Origin: Basidiobolus meristosporus CBS 931.73 | Taxonomy: Eukaryota; Fungi; Basidiobolomycota | NCBI GenBank assembly: GCA_002104905.1 | Contig: MCFE01000070.1 | Coordinates: 123,138 to 187,137, forward strand | Direction: 5' to 3' | DNA length: 64,000 bases | Part shown: positions 28,272-40,184 of the stretch, one piece after another | How the letters are laid out: each line of letters opens with the position of its first letter | Position numbering within the stretch: position 1 is the first letter of the stretch | The notes under the pieces: model-generated | Told to the model about the DNA's origin: nothing | Database searches by the model: none | The model's input: only the letters and a program-made list of their open reading frames with translations | Translations under genes and position numbers: made by a program

Positions 28272-28632
28272 GGCCATTTCCAAGTACAACTAATTGAGGC
28301 AATTTTTACTGATTTCGGAGTTAAACATATTCATATCAATCACCACTACTTTTAGAGTTAAACCTATTCATGCTAGCCATCACTGATCCAGTAAACCTTG
28401 ATTTTCAACCATCTCCAATGGTGTAGAGTCGTGCGAGTGTACGAGGTGGGTACGAATCGTACAAGCCACCAAAAGCTCGTCTTATCTTGAAATCTGTTGC
28501 AATCCTTAATCTCTGCATAATATTTCCATTCTGACATCCGTTGTGGCTTAGATCATGGCTGATCGTCCAGGTGTTCGCACTGCTATATAATCTGGGTGTT
28601 GAGGGTAGAAGTAGTCACTCCAATCGAGACTA

Positions 28633-29831
28633 CCATCCTTCAGAGTATCAATATGTCTGTAGCTGACAACAACACGACTGGTTTGAACGAACAAGTTGTC
28701 CATGAGCAGGAGACTATCAAGCAGACACGTTCATACGGAAAATCAAATAGCATAGCGGAGATCTTGAGTCGGGACGGGCGCTTTTCCAAGCTTTTGAAGA
28801 TATTCTCTTCATCAAATGGAAGCTTACAAAATGATCTTGCAGACCCACGCAACCAAGTAAGTGGTCAAAAACCGCTACTGCAGTGTCTACATGATGTGAG
28901 ATACTGACTATTCTGGCCTTAGGTGACCATCTTTGCCCCAACCGACAAGGCCTTCGAAGAGTTTAATCAACGTCGTAACGCTTCACATGAAGAATTGGAA
29001 AAGATCCTGGATTACCACATTATTTCAGACATCATTGACGAAGAGGACGTTTACAAAAGTGATGCTCTGGTGACCAACTACATTGCACCGGAGCTCTTGA
29101 ACGAACCCCAACGCATCTTGATTGAGCGTAAAACGGGTGGGCTTTATTTGAACTACGGAACCGAAATTAGCGAAGCCAATATCGAGGCCAGAAACGGAAT
29201 CATCCATATCATCGATCAGGTCCTTGAGCTACCGAAAAGCATTCCAGAGCAGTTGGGAGAGTTTTCGCAGTTCTCCATCTTCCTCAAAGCGTTGGAGAAG
29301 TCTGGCCTCGAGAAAGAATTCAACGAACCAGGATTGACCGTTTTCGCGCCTAGTAATTTTGCTTTCAAGAGCCTGGGACCTGCTGCGGTGGACTACTTAC
29401 TCTCTACTGAGGGCCGAGAGGATCTGCGCTACATTCTCCGGAACCATATATCTCCTGAACTGATCTATGCCGGTGATCTGAAGCTCCCTGTTGACGGAAG
29501 AGACGCAAGAGCTAACAAGGCAGAGTCCAGGGGGGAAAGCTTCTCGGACGATAACGATGATGAGTACCTAACCCGACCAAGGGCCCAAATCCAAGGCAGA
29601 GGCATAGATACTTATCGAGTAAAATATCCATCGTGGATTCGTGGGGAGGAAATCAGACTTTACGTTGTAACCGATTACAGGAATAACATCGATGTCACTG
29701 TCAATGGCCAAGCGCGTATCGTGTTAGCAGACGGTGTTGCAAAGAACGGGGTAATTCATGTAATTGATCGTGTATTGCTTCCGGTTGACGTTCAACTCCC
29801 CAAACTTCAATGGCATGAGCTAAATGAATAA
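28633..29831 (+). CDS. Fasciclin (FAS1) two-domain protein; N-terminus/signal peptide uncertain
   Basis: TIFAPTDKAF...ILDYHI...NGIIHIIDQVL, and a second domain TVFAPSNFAF...NGVIHVIDRVL; intron ~28857-28922. Confidence 0.9.
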
Positions 29832-29955
29832 ATTGCATGCTAATGAATCGACTGCACATGATCTGGGAGTTTTGATAAATGATTGCTGATGATTGGGAAG
29901 ATTCCGTGAATAAAAATCATGTCATTCTCCGGCGCTGGTCTGGTAAACAAGCCTA

Positions 29956-30405
29956 ATGGAATACTTGCTTCTAATCGGAAAAGATATTGACTCGCCTGAA
30001 GTTCAGCAGTACCTTGACAAATTCCCTTACGAGCCTGAAAGGGTTTCTTTCCGTGACTGCTTCTATCTGAATCTCCGAAAAGATGGGGTTTCCATATGCT
30101 TTGATCAGCCCTCAACCGAGGTGAAATCTCCGTCGAATGCTGAAGTAGGGGCATTTCATTTTTACAATCAGGGTGTGGATGACTACCTCGGTTTTTGCGG
30201 AACCTTGCCGGAGGAGCTTTCGATGAACATGAAGGCTTGGGAGATTGTCGAAAAGCTCGGCGAGCCGAGCAAAAAGGGCGGCGGGATCAAAGGAGTTCCG
30301 GTGTGGATACTCTACGAACCCAAGGGCTTACAGATCAACTTTGTTGGCACTTCTTGGGATGACAAAGACAACGCCATTGCTTTCGTTACCCTTTACAAAG
30401 CCTAA
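29956..30405 (+). CDS. Intronless hypothetical protein, 149 aa
   Basis: Clean ATG-to-TAA ORF with globular composition (LPEELSMNMKAWEIVEKLGEPSKKGGG) between two bona fide genes. Confidence 0.7.
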   Translation: MEYLLLIGKDIDSPEVQQYLDKFPYEPERVSFRDCFYLNLRKDGVSICFDQPSTEVKSPSNAEVGAFHFYNQGVDDYLGFCGTLPEELSMNMKAWEIVEKLGEPSKKGGGIKGVPVWILYEPKGLQINFVGTSWDDKDNAIAFVTLYKA

Positions 30406-30966
30406 GATAGGCGGCAATAAAATAGAAAAGGTGGTCCTTGCAATATATGATTTGTTTGTGGGTGGAGGCTAATGCAGATAGGCAGCGGAACACAGAGTAA
30501 CATGAGATCTCCTCAAAGACTGATCCAGCCTTTCCATGCAATGATCCGAATTAGTTAGTAGTGGGATTAATCAAGATCATGCCCCGCTTGGCTTGGGATA
30601 TTTGTTTCAATTTTAGATTCCTTCCACCTGTCTATTAAGTATTGGCTGGCTCTTCTACCCATTTGATGCGGTTCGGCATATTCAATCTGCCAACCCACCG
30701 GCTTCGTGACCCCTCGCCGAATTCTGGATTCTAATCGTGCAAAGCAAATGGTCTTCCGTTGTGCCAAATTTAGGAAATCTGATAGAGACCTTCGTTTAAA
30801 CCGATATTGCTTCGTCCGAACTCGACCAATACCGCCCAAGTGTGGTTGGATATTGGATGATGGCTTCAGTGCTCCAATGTTATCATTGAATCTTGATTTT
30901 TTTGCGTGGAGCAGGTTAATGATGTTAAAAGCACGGCGCGGAGCAAATATCGCACACTTCATTGAA

Positions 30967-32201
30967 ATGGTGAGCTCTACGAATCTCAAGCAGAGAGTCG
31001 GTGACGGTGTAAAGCCGCGCAAGGCCACTGCTCCCAAGTCATTCCAACCACCAAACTTTACCATCAAGGAGCTACGCGATGCTGTACCAGCACATTGCTT
31101 TGAGAGAGATACATTCAGATCCTTCACATATGTGGTGGTGGATGTATCAATAGTTATGCTCCTTTTCTATGCTGCAACGTTTATCGATACGCTTCCAGTG
31201 GCTCTCCGCTATATTGCTTGGCCCGTCTACTGGTTTGTGCAAGGTATCGTCGGTACTGGTGTCTGGGTTCTCGCTCATGAATGGTTAGTTAACATACAGA
31301 ATGTTGTTTTGCCTGCATTAGCTTATTGACCACGCCATTCCTTATCAGCGGCCATCAAGCCTTTTCTCCTTCCAAAGCCATCAACAACACCGTTGGTTTT
31401 ATTCTTCATTCCGCACTCCTTGTTCCTTACCATTCTTGGAGAATTAGCCATTCCAAGCACCACAAGGCAACCGGGCATATGACTAGAGACCAAGTGTTTA
31501 TTCCAGCAACCCGCAGTCAAATGGGCTTGGGTACCAGAAGTAACGAGGAGGAGGAAGAATATGAGGAGTCAGCTATAATGGCTGCTCCTTTGGTTGACTT
31601 ATGGTGGATCATTGTAATGCTCACCTTTGGTTGGCCGGCTTATCTCCTATGGAATGCCTCGGGACAGGATTATGGAAGGTGGACCTCCCACTTCCATCAT
31701 TGGTCACCCATCTTTGATCCCAAAGATAAGTGGCAGATCATTGCTTCAGTCGCTGGTGTCTTTGGTACCCTGGGTGGTTTGGCCTACGCTACACATGTAT
31801 TTGGATTTATGGCAATTGTCAAATTTTACCTTGTTCCATATTTATGGGTCAACTTCTGGTTGGTCCTGATCACCTATTTGCAGCACACCGACCCACAACT
31901 TCCACATTACCGCAACAAAGAATGGAACTTTGTTCGTGGGGCCTTGGCGACTATTGATCGGGATTATGGATTCATCCTTAACACAGCATTCCATCACATC
32001 GCCGACACCCACATCGCCCACCACCTCTTTTCACAATTGCCTCATTACCATGCTCAGGAAGCCACGGAGGCGATCAAGAAGGTCCTCGGGGAGGAGTACT
32101 ATTACTTTGACAACAGACCGCTCGTAGCCGCGGTCTGGAATAGTTGGACAAAATGCCGCTTTGTTGAAGATGAGGGGGAAGTGTTGATGTTCAAGAATTA
32201 G
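30967..32201 (+). CDS. FAD2: Delta-12 (omega-6) fatty acid desaturase; one intron ~31282-31348
   Basis: FTIKELRDAVPAHCFER; His boxes HECGH (split by the intron), HSKHH and HIAHH; ITYLQHTDP. Confidence 0.95.
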
Positions 32202-32233
32202 TCAATTGCCATCTTTTGCTGTTCCAAACTTAG

Positions 32234-32297
32234 TCATCTGTTGACGCTCAAAAATTAGTCTGATTCATCTGTTGACGCTCAAAAATTAGTCTGATTC
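32234..32297. repeat. Perfect 31-bp tandem duplication downstream of FAD2
   Basis: tcatctgttgacgctcaaaaattagtctgat x2. Confidence 0.9.
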
Positions 32298-33779
32298 CTC
32301 TCCTAATAAACCTCACATATCGATCTCGCCTTATTGCTCACCAACCCCACATGTCTGCCTCACCTTAGTTTCCATGCTCACGTGTTGTTTGTGATCTACC
32401 AGATGGAGATTTAGGGGGCTCGCTCCAATCTGGCCATTCAGCGTAGATGATGCATAAAGATGCAAGGATATGCAACCATAGCTTATCTACACATACCCTG
32501 ACTGCCGTTCTGATCTAGCATTCTTCAGTGAAGCTTAATCGGTGTCAATGTGTGGGTAATGCTGGTTTCACCTCAGCTGCTAGATTCGAAGAACACCCCA
32601 ACAGTAGAAATCACTGGCAGATTTGAGGAACACCTCACCACCCTTCCTGCGTTTGGCTTTATTCCTAGACGCAAACCAGACTCCTCTTCATCCTCTAATC
32701 ATGAGACGTAAAGGAGTGCATATTTCTCCAGGCTTGTCTTTTCCAAGAGTCACAGTTGGCTCATAACTGGCTATTGCACTTACCAATTCAGAACAGAACT
32801 TGCCAGCTATTCAATTTAAGCGCGGGATCATTTATGCTAGCAAGAATTGATTGCTAGACTCCTATTCTGGCTAAAGGACTGTCCTCCCTAGTCTAGTATT
32901 TTCAATATCAAATGTTCCTATTTGGCCGGGGAGTTGAATGTACAGGATATTCCGTAGTCATCCCCAGTGACGAACCAACGTTGCGAATTCAACAGGTTCA
33001 TCAGTAGTCATGGGTGTTGCCCAGCTCAGCACATACCAATGGGTTCAAGATCCACCACCTAACATACAGATAAGACACATATCATGGAGAAACCTGATTT
33101 TGATATCGCGGTCGATATTTTAGGAAACCGACGTGATGCAATCTTCCATCGTGAGGGGAGGTTTTAGTCACAGCAGGATTCAGTGGAAAAAGGAGTGTTT
33201 TCTACCAGAATGGTAAGAGGCGTTCGATTCAGATCCAACTGACTTCCGAGATTTCAAGATGGCGTCTGCATTTCTCCATGCATGGCATCTCAACGGGCAC
33301 GATGCTTTCTGGCTTTAACCAATTTGGTAGAGATATTTGCTAAGAGCCAGGGGCTGGAGGTACTTTGTGATTTGCATGGCACCTATACCAACCAGCCGGT
33401 ATTGAGCACTTTTCAAGTCAGAAGACAGCCATATCCAGTACCATGCCATGATAATATCAATCTTGGCTACTCACACCAATATCATCAATCTTGGATTCGA
33501 TTCGGATGCTATTCTATGCAACTGGATTCATTTAAGTCCAGTAAGAAAGGAGTGAAAGTTCTTCAGAGACGATCACGATACAGATAATTGTCTCACCTGC
33601 TAGAGTATAAGTATGGGGCCAGCCGGCACCAACGTCAGATATCAACTTCCTCCACCTCCACCAACCTTCTACCATTCACGTATCTCAAAATGAGCACCCT
33701 GGGATTCTCGACAACTAATACCACTGGAGCCACTTTCGAGGATTCAGAGTATGTCTCCTGGCTCTGAGCTCAACCTTCC

Positions 33780-35924
33780 CCGTCTAATGTTTGAATTTCA
33801 GCTCTCCCAACATCACCATCAGTGTCAGGGATTTGACCCGCGCAAAAATCGCCCATCTGAAGATCCCACAAGGGACGGTTATTCGAAAGGTGGTCGAATT
33901 GGTTGGTTGGTTTTGATAGCTTGAGTGGCCCTGCAACGCCACTAAACTTTAGACCTCTCTTAGTGCTGTGACCATTTTGAATACTGGGACGAATGGAATT
34001 ACGCAATGTATGTCGCATCTGAGCCATTTGCTTGCCCTCTCAAGACTAACTAGATTATACAGATACTGCCAGACGCTAAATAGCTGGCTGAATGACGCTT
34101 ACTCTATCGAATCGTATCCCCCAGAGACCAGGGTATATCCGTTATTCTGGTTTTGTCCGCTGTAGCAAAACCACTGACATCCTGTTCTTAGAAATCCCTC
34201 ATGTTAATCAGCAAGAAGCCAGACTATTTCGAACTAATGGCCTCCAAATTGGTACATTTGCTTCACATGGATGTTTCACCATGGACGGTTTGACTGACAC
34301 TCTCCACCAGCCCATCCTCTCCAGGGATCCTGATGAGATTATGAGGTCGCTACCTCCCAAGCACAACTCCTTTTCGAATATATTTGGGAAATCCTACACC
34401 TCGTTGAAAACCAAGCTTCGCCGGGATTCCCTTTTCTTGGGGGCGTTGGTGTTTCGTAGCGATCACAAAGTGCTCCAAACCAGCAACGGTCTGCTGCCCA
34501 CTGTTTTGGTCGCCGATTCCTTCTCATCGATCAAGGGCGATAGAGAGTTCGATGAAAAAAGCGACGACTTCGTATGGATTCTGAAGGCTTCCATGGATTG
34601 GGAAAACTCCAATACCTCCAACACCTACAATCCTCTTCTGCATAAGCAAACAAAACACCACGACTCTAATGTCGACTTGCGTCTAGCTTATTGTGAGGCG
34701 GCAGATAGCTTGATGAGAATCACCCCGCTACCAAAGCTGGGCATGCTCTACGAACACCCATTGGACCTGGTCCAACTTTCATCCAAGATGCTATTGTCGC
34801 TACAGTACGTCAATGATGATTCGCTTCCGTCGATTGCCACCGAGTCTATCAAGAACGGGACACTGAAGTGGCGATCCATCGAATCGCTGGACGTAGAAGT
34901 ATACGCATCCTGTTGCACCATGTTTTCGCAAGCCTGGTACCTCTTCAACGCAAGATACAGCCGGCCATCTCCCGGACTATACATCAGCCTGGTTCATTTG
35001 CAGGCTGTCCCCTCGGGATTAAATATCCTGATCCCCAAAGATCGCAAACATACAACGCCCATGATCAAAATTCGAGACGACTCAACATTGAGCAAGGAGG
35101 AATGGGAGACTATCTTGTCCTCGCGGGATGAGGACGTCGATGAGAATCTGAAGGATGATATACAGTACACCTTGCAGCATTCGAAAAATCTAACCCCGGC
35201 TGCTCAGTTTCGTTTGCAGTTCCTTCAAGGATTCATCCGGCTCCAACAAATGGCGAGGCTCCAGCTGAGCCTGAAAGATCTGTATGATGTGGAAACGATT
35301 GAACTTGAGTTACCTAGGGAGCCGCCATCCCCCAACTCCCCCACCATCCCGAAACGTCCGCCATTTTACCCGGAGACAGCAAGGATTATCTTGATTGTAA
35401 AACCCATACGCTTGCTGGAGAATAACAACATACTGGAATCTTATGCCCACCACCCTAGACTAACCATGCACTCATTCAAGCATTTTGAGGCCTTGCACCA
35501 TCATCTGTACAACCCGAAATACGAACCTTACCGGCGATCCATGCTAGGCTATCTGAACCACCTGAATGATGCTAGAAAAGGCCTCTTATCCTCAGTGAAG
35601 CAACTAGGGCTCAACGACGGGCAACCGGGCCCAATGACTAAGGAGAGGGTTATATCAACTCTCAAGCAGAAAATACAGGAACTAAATGGCACATGGTCTT
35701 CGATCTCATGGAGTGTCCGTATTCTAGAATGGGACCGCAACCGACACTGGGAACAGAAGATGGGTCAGCACTATTACGACAATCTCGGAGGCATTCCACA
35801 CATGACAAAAGGTCACTCCGAGCATCATCGGGATGAGTCTCGAAACTCTACAAAAACCACGTATATCCCACGTGGGATGGTAGAGGATCGGTCTACATAT
35901 CCAGCAGATATATTGTACAGCTAA
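33780..35924 (+). CDS. Large multi-exon hypothetical protein; long last exon, further 5' exons probably back to ~32.5 kb
   Basis: 610 aa open frame 34092-35924, preceded by short exons with GT..CTAAC/CTGAC..AG introns (~33900-33950, 34008-34053, ~34131-34190); no family recognised. Confidence 0.55.
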
Positions 35925-36192
35925 AGAGTTCCATGTCTTAGAAATAGTTATCGCCAATACCTCTTGTTTGACATTTTGATATTTATCGCCCCCACTCTTG
36001 GTCTCCCCCCCCCACTATATAGCTCTATATCTTGAAAATCAATAAACAATCTTACGTAGTCACACGGGGTCAATGTTTAAAAATTCTATTTCGAAGTCTA
36101 AATTGGTGCAGGTAGCAAAAATGAATGCGCGCTGGAGTTGGCTCTCTAAGTCTCCAGATATTCCAAGGTATCGATGATGTATCTTGGCTTCT

Positions 36193-37158
36193 TTAGTTCT
36201 CAAGCCATCCGTCACCCAACAACCACTTGAAATCGAATCCAGTCTGGCTGGCGATGCTCGAGCTAGGCTCGGTTTGAGGGCTTTCTTGATAGTGAACCGC
36301 ACTGGGGTACATCAGACCTCCCTCGCTAGGATTCGTGAATGGATACTGGTTCTTCTCGCCAACTCCAGAGTAGTATTTGGAACGCTCGATAGAGGGTAAC
36401 TCCACATTGACAGGATTGTAACTCGACATGTTCACTCCGTGACTGTGGCTGTCACTGGATACGGGATACACTGATAAAACGTCGGGATTCATGAGATAGT
36501 CGTGAGCTTTACGCCCGGCGTTCAATGGATTCTCATCCTGGTTCATCCGCTTCAACGGGCTCTCCCGCAAGTCTTCCGAGTAGGTATCCCACTCGCTAGT
36601 CAGCTGTGGGGACTTCTTGCGTTTGTTCTTTGATCTGTTTGGAGTGTACTTGTAATCGGGATACTTTGCCTGATGATCTAACTTGATCTTCTCGGCCATC
36701 CATTGGTACCTCCTCTTCTCTTCAACAGAGATGCTTTTCCACATCTTCCCTATGATCCTGGACACCTCCATGTTTGTGATCCCCGGATTGGTGGCAAAGA
36801 TCTCCGCTTGCTTGTCCTTGCGAAACAGAAAAAAGCAGTTCGCAGGCCTCGGGATCTTCTGCTGAGGGGGGCTTTTCTCTCTCAGCTCTGCCAGATGCTG
36901 CACTTCGCTTGAATCCGAGCTGGCTTCATAGATGTGTTCTGATTCCTCATTGAATTTCTCCTCTCTGTAGGAACTTTGATGGGAGGGAGTGGTGGTGGCG
37001 GCATTGGGAAAAGAGGAGGCCATTGGGTAAATGGGATTTCCTGATGAAAGAAAATGGGAATCCAAGTTGTATGACATGGGGAACAGATTGAACCCAACGC
37101 CTTCATGTAGCGTCTGGAACGGGATGCTATTACTTCCTATTACTTGAGTGTTCTTCAT
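36193..37158 (-). CDS. MATA-HMG-box transcription factor, intronless; start codon uncertain
   Basis: KIPRPANCFFLFRKD...NMEVSRIIGKMWKS...EKRRY..MAEKIKLDHQAKYPDYKYTP is a canonical MATA/SOX-type HMG box. Confidence 0.9.
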   Translation of the reverse strand: MKNTQVIGSNSIPFQTLHEGVGFNLFPMSYNLDSHFLSSGNPIYPMASSFPNAATTTPSHQSSYREEKFNEESEHIYEASSDSSEVQHLAELREKSPPQQKIPRPANCFFLFRKDKQAEIFATNPGITNMEVSRIIGKMWKSISVEEKRRYQWMAEKIKLDHQAKYPDYKYTPNRSKNKRKKSPQLTSEWDTYSEDLRESPLKRMNQDENPLNAGRKAHDYLMNPDVLSVYPVSSDSHSHGVNMSSYNPVNVELPSIERSKYYSGVGEKNQYPFTNPSEGGLMYPSAVHYQESPQTEPSSSIASQTGFDFKWLLGDGWLEN

Positions 37159-37264
37159 GCCTTTGGTGGAGTAATTTGTGTTCGGGAAGATGGAATGTCC
37201 GATATTTTTCATTATAGACAGAAGTCACCAGCAGGAATGGCGTGTAGAGTTCTATGAAGCAAGT

Positions 37265-37540
37265 ATGAATCTGATCAACAAAGATCTACTATTTATAGTT
37301 CTCGTCGGGCTTATGACCCAACCAAGCCTAGCAGCGGAGAAGAATGATGTTGGAAATTTGCCGAGCACCGCATACGACATGATAAAATGGGTGGATTGTC
37401 CCACTGACATCCTTCTGCGTATACTGGACAAGCCCCTCTTCCCCAGCTGTGTAGATGGTGAAATGGGAGATGGCTGTGTGCTATTCCGTGCGCAAGGAGC
37501 TGACAAGCAAAGGCACACTTACAGCATGCTTTCAGGCTAG
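37265..37540 (+). CDS. Possible small secreted protein (91 aa)
   Basis: MNLINKDLLFIVLVGLMTQPSLA-AE resembles a signal peptide; 3 Cys; no homology recognised. Confidence 0.3.
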   Translation: MNLINKDLLFIVLVGLMTQPSLAAEKNDVGNLPSTAYDMIKWVDCPTDILLRILDKPLFPSCVDGEMGDGCVLFRAQGADKQRHTYSMLSG

Positions 37541-38077
37541 TGAGGGTGCTATAGTCTCTTCTCCAGTAAGGGACAAATACCAACAGACGTAACATAACTT
37601 TCACTATGGGATAGGGCGGATTCTGATGTAAGATCTGCATTTGATATGCTCTACATAGGAGAATTCGAAATCATCTCCAGACGGATGAGATCGTACGCCT
37701 CTGCATTGTATTGATATGCTGAGACATGCCATGCGTCTTCACTTTATTTTCCACTATATCATTGGCTTAGAACGTGTCTACACTTGACTACTGTTCCTGT
37801 GAAGATCACGAAGAAAGCTTGGGCCATACCACGATTGACCTGAAATACGACTAATTTTAGTCTGATTACGCGCTAATATATATATTGCGAATCTCAGTGG
37901 TTTAAAATTTTAATCACTTGATATCCGTCTCATCACCACTCCTTTCTCACCATATCGTTCAGCCAAGCAGAGTGCCTTTCCTTTTCAGACTGAACTATGC
38001 CATTGAATACGTATTTCTTTCTCTAGACTCCAACTGTTCTCACCTTACCTTCGTTTCTATCTTTTTCAGCAAGTCTC

Positions 38078-38808
38078 ATGCCCGCCCCAGAAGACAAGCT
38101 TGGGCCAAAACGATATGCTGCCATAAAATCCGCTTCAGGTACACCAAATTTCCTCTCAGAGCTCGTTAAATTCTAGACATACCTTACCGTTGTTATTGTC
38201 AATAACCACGCAACACAACACGCCGCCTTCCAACCAACAGAATGGTATGTTGTCTTGCTGTAGCTTCGTATATACATATATAATGCACCCAACTTGATAC
38301 GGCTCCCTCTTATCGAATTCACCGTGTTTCGAGGGTTCTTCTGTCATGGTGTTTACGAGATACATACTGAGTGTGCAACTATAGGAATAAATTATTGTTG
38401 TGGGCTAGAAAGGCCAGAGGACCATTTTACGACCCGTCCACGCGCATGCATCAGGTGAACAAGGGCTCTGGGTTGTACTTTTCTGGAGTCAAGCCTGAGG
38501 ATCTAAACCGGTGAGGATCAACTATCTAACACCGTGGATAATATCACTACACAGGCTAACCCTTACCCGGTTTTTATGTGGGACCTAGCGATCCAGGCTC
38601 ACCACCTACTACGAACCATGATCTATCGGACATCAAATCCAGCGGACACCAACTCCCGCCTGGGATTGGTAACAAGAGTTTGTCGAAGGCCCCGAGCGCC
38701 AGCCCAGCCAAAGCAAGCAATCGAGGGAGACCCAAGAGAATCCATCTTGATAGCAATGCTAGCTCAGCTACAAATACACCTGGCTCGGTATCCTCAGTGC
38801 TCAATTGA
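38078..38808 (+). CDS. Possible small multi-exon hypothetical protein
   Basis: Several GT-AG introns with branch points; a last exon DPGSPPTT...RGRPKRIH can be joined in frame to GPFYDPSTRMHQVNKGSG; full structure not resolved. Confidence 0.3.
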
Positions 38809-39063
38809 TGCCATGAGTGGCTTATGATGATTTCAAGCATTAGCAATAATCGTAATAATAATAAATCTCGTCTACATCAGTCTCTATCTTGTTCACGGCT
38901 TCGACGGAGCAAAAATCAATTCATGGATGGTGAAAAAAAATGTGGCCACACCCCTGTCATATGACAAGATAAATTAGCAAGAACCAGCCAGGTGGACTCC
39001 ACTTTTCACGTCCAGAGGCGAAAGCAACCGAGTAAGTATCTTCGAGAATTTTCCCGTTGACAA

Positions 39064-39272
39064 ACACCCCACCGTTAAGTCAGAGCATTAGTTTTACCCC
39101 ATAACTTCTGTCTTGTTACAACAGTGGGAAATGAAAGCCGCCCGCCACGAGTAAAACTTGTTTTAAGTTCGCTCAAATTAGGGTGTTGCTCAACGTATCT
39201 TGAGAGTTGGTGCGTTCTATCATGGTTTACCATGGAATCAAGAGCGGACCTTAGTGATAGAAACATACATGC
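39064..39272 (+). ncRNA. SNORA74: H/ACA snoRNA, U19/snR191 (SNORA74) family, copy 1
   Basis: 5' hairpin pocket AGTCA/GTTAC and 3' pocket GAGAGT/TAGT are complementary to LSU H69 GUAAC-U-A-U-GACUCUC. H box AAATGA lies 14 nt after GTTAC starts; ACA (39267) lies 15 nt after TAGT starts. Confidence 0.85.
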
Positions 39273-39417
39273 AACCCACAGCCCACAACCCACACTGGTT
39301 TACTGCGTCCAGAGACTAACCCAATATCTTCATAGATCGCATCTGGCTGTTTCTGGAGGATCCGATTATTGGTAAGTGTTTCCAGCATTGGTTTCCAGCA
39401 TTCGTTTCCCCTACCCA

Positions 39418-39628
39418 AGACCCCATATTTAAGTCAGAGCAAATCTTTGACTTCGTGTCAATATACACCGTAAGATTTGACTTGTTACAAATGTGGGAAA
39501 TTGAGATCGCCCGTCATGGTGCCGACTTGTTTTAAGTTGGCCCATAAATTGGGTTCGATATCCGTTTCGCGAGAGTTGAGAATTTGTCAATGCCCACCAG
39601 ATTCCCTTAGTACTTGAAACACACACCA
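39418..39628 (+). ncRNA. SNORA74: H/ACA snoRNA, U19/snR191 (SNORA74) family, copy 2
   Basis: Same four guide segments conserved; stems differ but still pair (CAAATCTT/AAGATTTG, GCCGACTT/AAGTTGGC, GTTTC/GAAAC). ACA at 39623 is 15 nt after TAGT; H box is the variant AAATTG. Confidence 0.8.
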
Positions 39629-39799
39629 CACCATCTACGTTTCCACCAAACATTGGCTTGTTCTGAGCTAACATCTTCTCTTTAGCATCCTTCCGAATGT
39701 ACATATTGTGTAAATAAATGATTGAAACCATGATTTCTGAAATACTTGGTAACATTGATATCCTTTGGGATGGGCCAATTGGTTTATTAAATGCCGTAA

Positions 39800-40184
39800 T
39801 TAAACGCGGGAAGGATACATCATGACACGAACACTGGCACCAAAGGAGTGAGGGGGCAAGTTGGATCTGAACTTGGCCTTGACAACACCGGAGTTGCCGT
39901 GGGGGCGGGTGACACGACCCCAGATGACACGGACCTTGGAGCCGTTGATTTCACGCTTGGCACGGTAAACATAAGCAACACGCTTGCCGAGGTAGAATTG
40001 GGTGTCTTCCTTGGTGGCAACGTTTTCGAGTTGGACCAATGAGGTGTTGGTTCTTTGGTTACGCTTGGCACGCTTGAAGCCCAAAACACGGCCCTTGGAG
40101 TAAAGACTAGATCGAAAGGAGGGGTTACATGAGTGCTCCGTGGATGGATGGCTCCCGAATGACTTACCGAACTGGCTGACTCAT
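39800..40184 (-). CDS. RPL35A: 60S ribosomal protein eL33 (L35a / yeast L33); one intron
   Basis: [23 protein letters not shown]...[14 protein letters not shown]...[23 protein letters not shown]. Confidence 0.97.

Larger units (their letters stand above)
38990..39720 (+). ncRNA. Non-protein-coding snoRNA host gene: exon1 - intron 39032-39335 - 36 nt exon2 - intron 39372-39685 - exon3
   Basis: GTAAGT donors at 39032 and 39372, CTAAC branch points and TAG acceptors at 39335 and 39685. No ORF seen in the spliced exons; AATAAA at ~39713. Confidence 0.75.

Noticed and set aside
1-37212. Mucorales-type sex locus synteny (alginate lyase plus HMG)
   Set aside because: The genes are 36 kb apart with many unrelated genes between, and no triose-phosphate transporter or RNA helicase flanks the HMG gene.
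39110-39120. CTTGTTAC as complement of the 18S 3' end (GTAACAAG), or an rRNA fragment
   Set aside because: Pocket geometry and the partner strand fit LSU helix 69 (U19/snR191) much better; no co-linear rRNA similarity.
39075-39755. Two similar minus-strand ORFs (39075-39293 and 39429-39755) as a peptide family
   Set aside because: Their similarity is the antisense shadow of the conserved snoRNA blocks; G-U pairs and splice sites point to the plus strand.
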